DNA of 32,000 bases from Horticoccus luteus (GTDB taxonomy: Bacteria; Verrucomicrobiota; Verrucomicrobiia; Opitutales; Opitutaceae). Position 1 is the first letter of the stretch. Each line of letters opens with the position of its first letter. The stretch is taken from NCBI RefSeq assembly GCF_019464535.1, contig NZ_CP080507.1:3060001-3092000 (forward strand), given 5' to 3'. The notes beneath the pieces were generated by a model. It did not search any database. It was not told the DNA's origin and saw only the letters and a program-made list of their open reading frames with translations. Below, one piece after another: positions 27,638 to 32,000 of the stretch. The translations under genes were made by a program, and so were the position numbers.

Positions 27638-30600
27638 TCAGTTCACGTTGGACGAGCCGACCAGAAACGGGTGCCCTGGCAGCGCGAGTTCACCAGCGAA
27701 TTCAAACTTGTCGGTCCCCGACGAGCCGGGGCCATATACTTTGCCGGTGCTGGCATCCGTCAGTTTGCCTACGCGGAAACTGAGGATCTTTTTCCCGTTG
27801 AAGTCTGCGACGGTCACGATGTTGGCCCGATCCGTCACGCTGACTGCCACCGGATCGCCCATGCGCTTGTCACGGATGCGGCGGAAGACTGAGCCCTTCC
27901 CGCCGAAGCTCACCACGCCCTCCACGTCACGTTCGCCGCGGCAGGCCACGTAAAACATGCCGTTGAGCGGATCGGTTGCGACGGTGCCGTCGGAATTCGT
28001 AGGCACGAGCGGCAGTCCGCTTTCGTTGAACCGCATGAACGCCATGCTCACCGGATTGCGGCCCACTTTGAACGTGCCCATCTTTTCGAGCGGCCCGAGC
28101 TTCTCATAGTCCCAGCGCTTTCTGAGCGACGAAGTATCAAACACCGTGATCGTGCCGTCTTCCGAAGCGACGTAGGCTTTGTGCCGATCCTGTGTCCAAC
28201 GGTTGAGTTTGACGCCCGCGAGCACCGCCGTCGGCTTCGCCACGGTCGTGGTGTAAACGACGGTTGGCTTGATCGAGGGCAACGCGCTGAAGGTCTTCGG
28301 GAACTGCGTGCTGCCGGAACCGCGCGACGCGAGCGTCGCCTTAAACGTCGAAACCGAACTCAGGTAACTCGTCTTCATATAGGCAAAGAGCGGCGTGAGG
28401 TCGACGAAGCAGACTTTCCCTTCCTGCTTCGAGGCCACGACGGCGTAACCCTTGGTCGCGATCACGCCCTGCCAGTTGCCGTCCCACAGCAGCTTGCGGT
28501 TGCTGTCGTTCGTCAGATCGATCTGGGCGAGCGTCTTGCCGCCGGTCGTGCCCGGGCTCTCCCACCAACCGTTGCTCGCCGCCGAGACGGAGCTCGGCGC
28601 CGCCATTGGAAGATCGATGTAACCGAGCAGCTTGAAATCCGACCAGCTGCCTTGATTCGGGAAACCCATGTAGGGCCACGTGTGATGCGCCAGATACTTC
28701 CCCTCGAGTGCGATGACCGCGAGCTGGCCTTTCATCGCCGTCGTGTCCCACACCGTCACGAGCGCGAACTCATTCAACGTCGTCACGGCGATGGACGTGG
28801 GGATCTTGTTCTCCGGGAAAAGCACACTTGGAAAATTCTGCTCTCCCATCGACCGGCTCGTTTGCGTGCCGGCGCTGGCCAGCAGACCGTCGCGATAAAG
28901 CACGAGCGCTTCATTGGACAGCAGGCCATAGTTCCGCACCATCGCGATGGGCTGCGTGGGCCGTTCGCCATTCATGGCCGCATAACTCGGAATGAGGGTC
29001 TGCGGATCCGGACTCGCCCGGGTCGCCATCGGATCAAGGCGGGGGCTCAGCGCGTAAGCATGATTGTAGAATGCGAAAGTCTGGATGCGATCGAGTCCCG
29101 GATTGGTGGCGGGCGAGTCCGGCACATAGCCGACCTGACCGCTCGTGCTCCAATAGTTGGACCACGAACCGGGTGATCCGACTTCATACTTGCCGATGCG
29201 CGCGCAGTAAGAGGAATCAGCAGACTTCGTCGTCGGTTTGAAAAGGGTTGGCCGATCGTCCGAAGCGCGGGGATTCAAGTCCGCAAACGTCGGCCCCAGC
29301 CGGCTGCTGGCGGTGGTCACATCCCACAACAACGCCGCCGCCGCATACTTGACCGCACTGATCGTGCCGTTGCTGTTGAAAATGGAGAGCAATGAATCGT
29401 CAATCGTGACGACTTCGCCATCGGGCGGCTGGATCGGATCGATCGTCGGCGTGGAAGCACCGCCGCCGCCCAGGACGATCTCATCAACATTCGGGAAGTC
29501 CTGACCGTTGCTTTCAAAGCGAATGGTGTTCGTCGCGCCGCTCTTGAGGGTGATGGAGACGGATTGCGTCTTCCACGTATCCCACGAGCCGGTCGCATTG
29601 AAAGTGATGGACTGCTTCGATCCGTTGACGATCAAAGATCCCGTGCGCGAGCCCGACGGCTGCGCGTAACGAATCGCCAGCGTCGTGCTTCCGCCGCTGC
29701 CGCCGTCAATCTTGGCAAACTCCAGATAGCCGCCCGAGTTCGGCAAGTTGGCGAAACCGGACCCGTGGTAGCCGGAATAGTTGTGCTCGATCACCGTGCC
29801 GCCGCCGTAGCTCGCGCTCTCGGCTTGAAATGAACCTGCAGCCGACGAACCGCTGTCGCTGCCGGAGCTGCCGCTCCCGGTCGTCACCGTGATCTCATCC
29901 ACATTCGGAAAGTCCTGCCCATTCGACTCGAGCCGAATCGTGTTCGCCGTGCCGCTCTTCAGCGAGACCGCGACAGACTGCGTCTTCCACGTATCCCACG
30001 CACCGGTGGCGCCAAAGGTCACCGACTGCTTTGCGCCGTTCACCAAGAGCGCGCCCGTGCGCGTGCCCGATCCTTGGGCGTAACGAATTTCGATCGTGGC
30101 CGTGCCACCACTCCCGCCATCGACGTTATTGAACTGCACGTAACCGCCCGATGAAGGCAAATTAACGAAACCCGATCCCTTATAACCGCCGTAATTCTTT
30201 TCGACCACGGTGCCGCCACCGTAACTCGCGCTCTCGGCCTGCAACGAGTTGCTGGAGGCTGACGAGGAACCGCCACCGCTGGCCGCGTCCACCGAAATCT
30301 CATCCACGTTGGGGAAGTCCTGCCCGTTTGACTGGAGGCGTATCGTGTTTGTCGCACCGCTCTTCAGCGAGACCGTCACCGATTGCGTTTTCCAGGTATC
30401 CCAGGCGCCGGTCGATCCGAAGGTAATGGCCTGCGTGGCCCCGTTCACAATAAGAGCGCCTTTGCGCGTGCCGGAGCCCTGCGCGTAGCGAATCGTCAAC
30501 GTGGCGCTGCCGCCGCTGCCGCCATCGACGTTCGTAAACTCCACCCATCCACCCGAGTTGGGCAGATTTGCAAAACCGGAACCGTTGTAGCCGGCGTAGT

Positions 30601-30730
30601 TGTGCTCAATCACTGTCCCGCCGCCGGAGCTGGCGCTCTCCGCTTGCAGAGCTGCGAAACCCGACGATGCCGAAAAGAACGTGAAACCAGTAGCGAGAAG
30701 AAACGATATAGGAACTAGGCGAAGGCGCAT
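27638..30730 (-). CDS. Secreted protein with three tandem CBM35/CBM6-like carbohydrate-binding modules and a ~610-aa C-terminal region of unassigned family
   Basis: The preferred start is ATG 30730, which gives the signal peptide MRLRLVPISFLLATGFTFFSASSGFAA; the track ORF starts at 30808. Three 120-aa modules read (L/F)QAESAS.GGGTV.E.NY.GY.GSGF.NLP.SGG...F..(V/I)DGGSGG..T..IRYAQ.SG.R.G.L.VNG..Q..TF...G.WDTWKTQSV...LKSG..NTIR..SNGQDFPNVDEI.. and are separated by Gly/Ser linkers. The remaining sequence has a beta-rich composition with no motif I can name. Confidence 0.9.
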   Translation of the reverse strand: MRLRLVPISFLLATGFTFFSASSGFAALQAESASSGGGTVIEHNYAGYNGSGFANLPNSGGWVEFTNVDGGSGGSATLTIRYAQGSGTRKGALIVNGATQAITFGSTGAWDTWKTQSVTVSLKSGATNTIRLQSNGQDFPNVDEISVDAASGGGSSSASSNSLQAESASYGGGTVVEKNYGGYKGSGFVNLPSSGGYVQFNNVDGGSGGTATIEIRYAQGSGTRTGALLVNGAKQSVTFGATGAWDTWKTQSVAVSLKSGTANTIRLESNGQDFPNVDEITVTTGSGSSGSDSGSSAAGSFQAESASYGGGTVIEHNYSGYHGSGFANLPNSGGYLEFAKIDGGSGGSTTLAIRYAQPSGSRTGSLIVNGSKQSITFNATGSWDTWKTQSVSITLKSGATNTIRFESNGQDFPNVDEIVLGGGGASTPTIDPIQPPDGEVVTIDDSLLSIFNSNGTISAVKYAAAALLWDVTTASSRLGPTFADLNPRASDDRPTLFKPTTKSADSSYCARIGKYEVGSPGSWSNYWSTSGQVGYVPDSPATNPGLDRIQTFAFYNHAYALSPRLDPMATRASPDPQTLIPSYAAMNGERPTQPIAMVRNYGLLSNEALVLYRDGLLASAGTQTSRSMGEQNFPSVLFPENKIPTSIAVTTLNEFALVTVWDTTAMKGQLAVIALEGKYLAHHTWPYMGFPNQGSWSDFKLLGYIDLPMAAPSSVSAASNGWWESPGTTGGKTLAQIDLTNDSNRKLLWDGNWQGVIATKGYAVVASKQEGKVCFVDLTPLFAYMKTSYLSSVSTFKATLASRGSGSTQFPKTFSALPSIKPTVVYTTTVAKPTAVLAGVKLNRWTQDRHKAYVASEDGTITVFDTSSLRKRWDYEKLGPLEKMGTFKVGRNPVSMAFMRFNESGLPLVPTNSDGTVATDPLNGMFYVACRGERDVEGVVSFGGKGSVFRRIRDKRMGDPVAVSVTDRANIVTVADFNGKKILSFRVGKLTDASTGKVYGPGSSGTDKFEFAGELALPGHPFLVGSSNVN
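29471..30649 (-). repeat. Three tandem coding repeats (360 nt each, period 405-414 nt) encoding the CBM-like modules
   Basis: Modules span 30290-30649, 29885-30244 and 29471-29830. DNA identity is visible by eye, for example the identical 22-mer TGCGTCTTCCACGTATCCCACG at 29565-29586 and 29979-30000. Confidence 0.85.
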
Positions 30731-30830
30731 TGAAACAACGTTTGGGGGTCTATTAAATGATCCGTCTAAACCATCAGGCGGACGCCGGATGCTGCTCATC
30801 GTGACCAATCCGATGCAAGTATGTTGCTCC

Positions 30831-30978
30831 TTTGATTACGTAAGATTACCCCCTTTGCGGATGCATAGAATTTGCTTACGTCTGCGCCCGAGCCGTGAGT
30901 CGCCAATATTACGTCGTTTCCAACAAAAATAGTTTCCTAAATGCCCTGTTTTCGCGTTCCAAAAATAGGCACTTACGT
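30831..30978. promoter_or_regulatory. Cluster of four same-orientation TTACGT sites in the AT-rich region upstream of the CBM gene
   Basis: TTACGT occurs at 30836, 30876, 30909 and 30973. The first two sit in TTTGATTACGT and TTTGCTTACGT exactly 40 bp apart. The first is the palindrome TTACGTAA. I found only one other TTACGT in the window (25416, inside the kinase gene). Confidence 0.4.
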
Positions 30979-31089
30979 CGAAAAAAATATGATCTCCCTC
31001 CGCATATTTCGGAACTGAGGGACTAGTTCTTCCTGAAAAAGCCGCTCGAGAGCCGCTTCTTTTGCGATCCGACGCACCTGCTTTTGGGC

Positions 31090-31905
31090 TCAAAGCCCGT
31101 GCAGCGCCGTGGCAAAATCCCCGACGGAAAAAACCCAACCAAACTCCAAAGCGACGCGCCACAGCGCCTGCTGCTTTTCCTGCTCTTGCCGCGCTGTTTC
31201 TGCGTTTTCCACCGCGGTGACCGCTTCTTTAATCGTCGAACACATGACTCCATAACGCCGCATGTCGACCATGCCGCCCGGCGACATGAGCAAACACCAG
31301 TTGATCGCGAACCCTATATACACGAGGTGGTTGACGCCGTGCACCCGGCAGAGCGCCGCGAGTTGGTGAGCGTTTTCCGCGATTCCTTCTTCCCCGACCG
31401 GCCGCGCCTCGTGAGCAAAATCAAGACGCGCAAATCCCGCGTTCACGTCCGGCCAGTTATGTGTGCCCACGAAAACGCGTTCCGCCCGCAGCGCCTGCAT
31501 GCGCGTGTAAACAGGATCGTGTGCCACGGGGGTGAACTCCCGATCAGGCCCCGCCAGTCTCACCGCTCGTTGATATCCCCGCAGATGCGAATAATAATCG
31601 CGCCCACCTACGACGTGGAACACCGGCAGCGGGCTCGCGCGCACCGCCGCGAGCAACGGAGGAAACACGTCATGCAGAATCTGCAGCGCGCGCGGATGAT
31701 ACTCCACGCTCCGCCGCCAGCCTGGCCACTGCTCCATCGTGCCGCACTCCCACGCGTGCATCACGACGAGTGCGGTGTGCGCGGGTGCAATTTCGACCTC
31801 CGCCCGCTGCCATCTTCCAAATCCTTCCGCCGGCACGGCGCGTGCGTAGTCGGCATCGAACTGTTGGTAAAACTCCGCTGGCAAGCGCACGCTGGATTTC
31901 GTCAT
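31090..31905 (-). CDS. Isochorismatase/cysteine-hydrolase-like family protein (tentative)
   Basis: 271 aa from ATG 31905; the track ORF starts at 31956. TALVVMHAWE... and HGVNHLVYIGFAINWCLLMSPGGMVDMRRYGVMCSTIKEAV resemble the isochorismatase-fold pattern (ALlvvD... / lvi.G..tn.CV..T..dA...G). The function is tentative. Confidence 0.7.
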   Translation of the reverse strand: MTKSSVRLPAEFYQQFDADYARAVPAEGFGRWQRAEVEIAPAHTALVVMHAWECGTMEQWPGWRRSVEYHPRALQILHDVFPPLLAAVRASPLPVFHVVGGRDYYSHLRGYQRAVRLAGPDREFTPVAHDPVYTRMQALRAERVFVGTHNWPDVNAGFARLDFAHEARPVGEEGIAENAHQLAALCRVHGVNHLVYIGFAINWCLLMSPGGMVDMRRYGVMCSTIKEAVTAVENAETARQEQEKQQALWRVALEFGWVFSVGDFATALHGL

Positions 31906-32000
31906 GACATTGAGGGGATGGGGCGCCCAGCGTGCGGAAAAAACGACCCCTGCCAACTTCTCGCTGTCGCGCGCCTGCGCCGTTTGGCCACGCCACCTTC

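Noticed and set aside
31036-31063. Apparent hairpin/terminator AAAAAGCCGCTCGAGAGCCGCTTCTTTT downstream of the 31090 gene
   Set aside because: The two AGCCGCT arms are direct repeats, not inverted. Only the central CTCGAG is palindromic, so no stable stem-loop forms.

Overview
High-GC bacterial chromosomal segment. The protein families present (PEP-CTERM and HAF-repeat proteins, delta-60 repeat protein, ECF-type sigma factor paired with a Ser/Thr kinase, TMTC-like membrane-TPR protein) suggest a Verrucomicrobiota/Opitutaceae-like organism; this is inference, no search was run. Bases 1-11.6 kb are housekeeping: gyrB 3' end, gyrA, an IMPase-family gene, a membrane-TPR protein, queF, rny, rodA and rng. 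Bases 11.6-31 kb are accessory and dominated by large secreted or surface proteins. I saw no rRNA, tRNA, CRISPR array or recognisable transposase/integrase. Main observations: (1) A 4.2-kb segment (11584-15795) is bounded by a perfect 23-bp inverted repeat and a TAAC(G) direct repeat. Its ends carry phased 16-bp subterminal repeats. It sits exactly between the rng stop codon and what looks like the displaced native rng terminator, carries one giant secreted delta-60-repeat gene and no transposase, and I read it as a non-autonomous cassette with Tn7/Mu/IS21-style ends. (2) An apparent three-gene operon encodes a HAF-repeat PEP-CTERM surface protein, an ECF-type sigma factor and a transmembrane Ser/Thr kinase with a large beta-propeller ectodomain, with no anti-sigma factor visible. 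(3) A roughly 75-bp upstream module is shared by that operon and the neighbouring heparinase II/III-like gene. (4) A secreted protein has three near-identical CBM35/CBM6-like modules fused to about 600 aa that I cannot assign, preceded by an AT-rich region with four TTACGT sites. All domain names come from motif recognition by eye and need HMM or structure confirmation.
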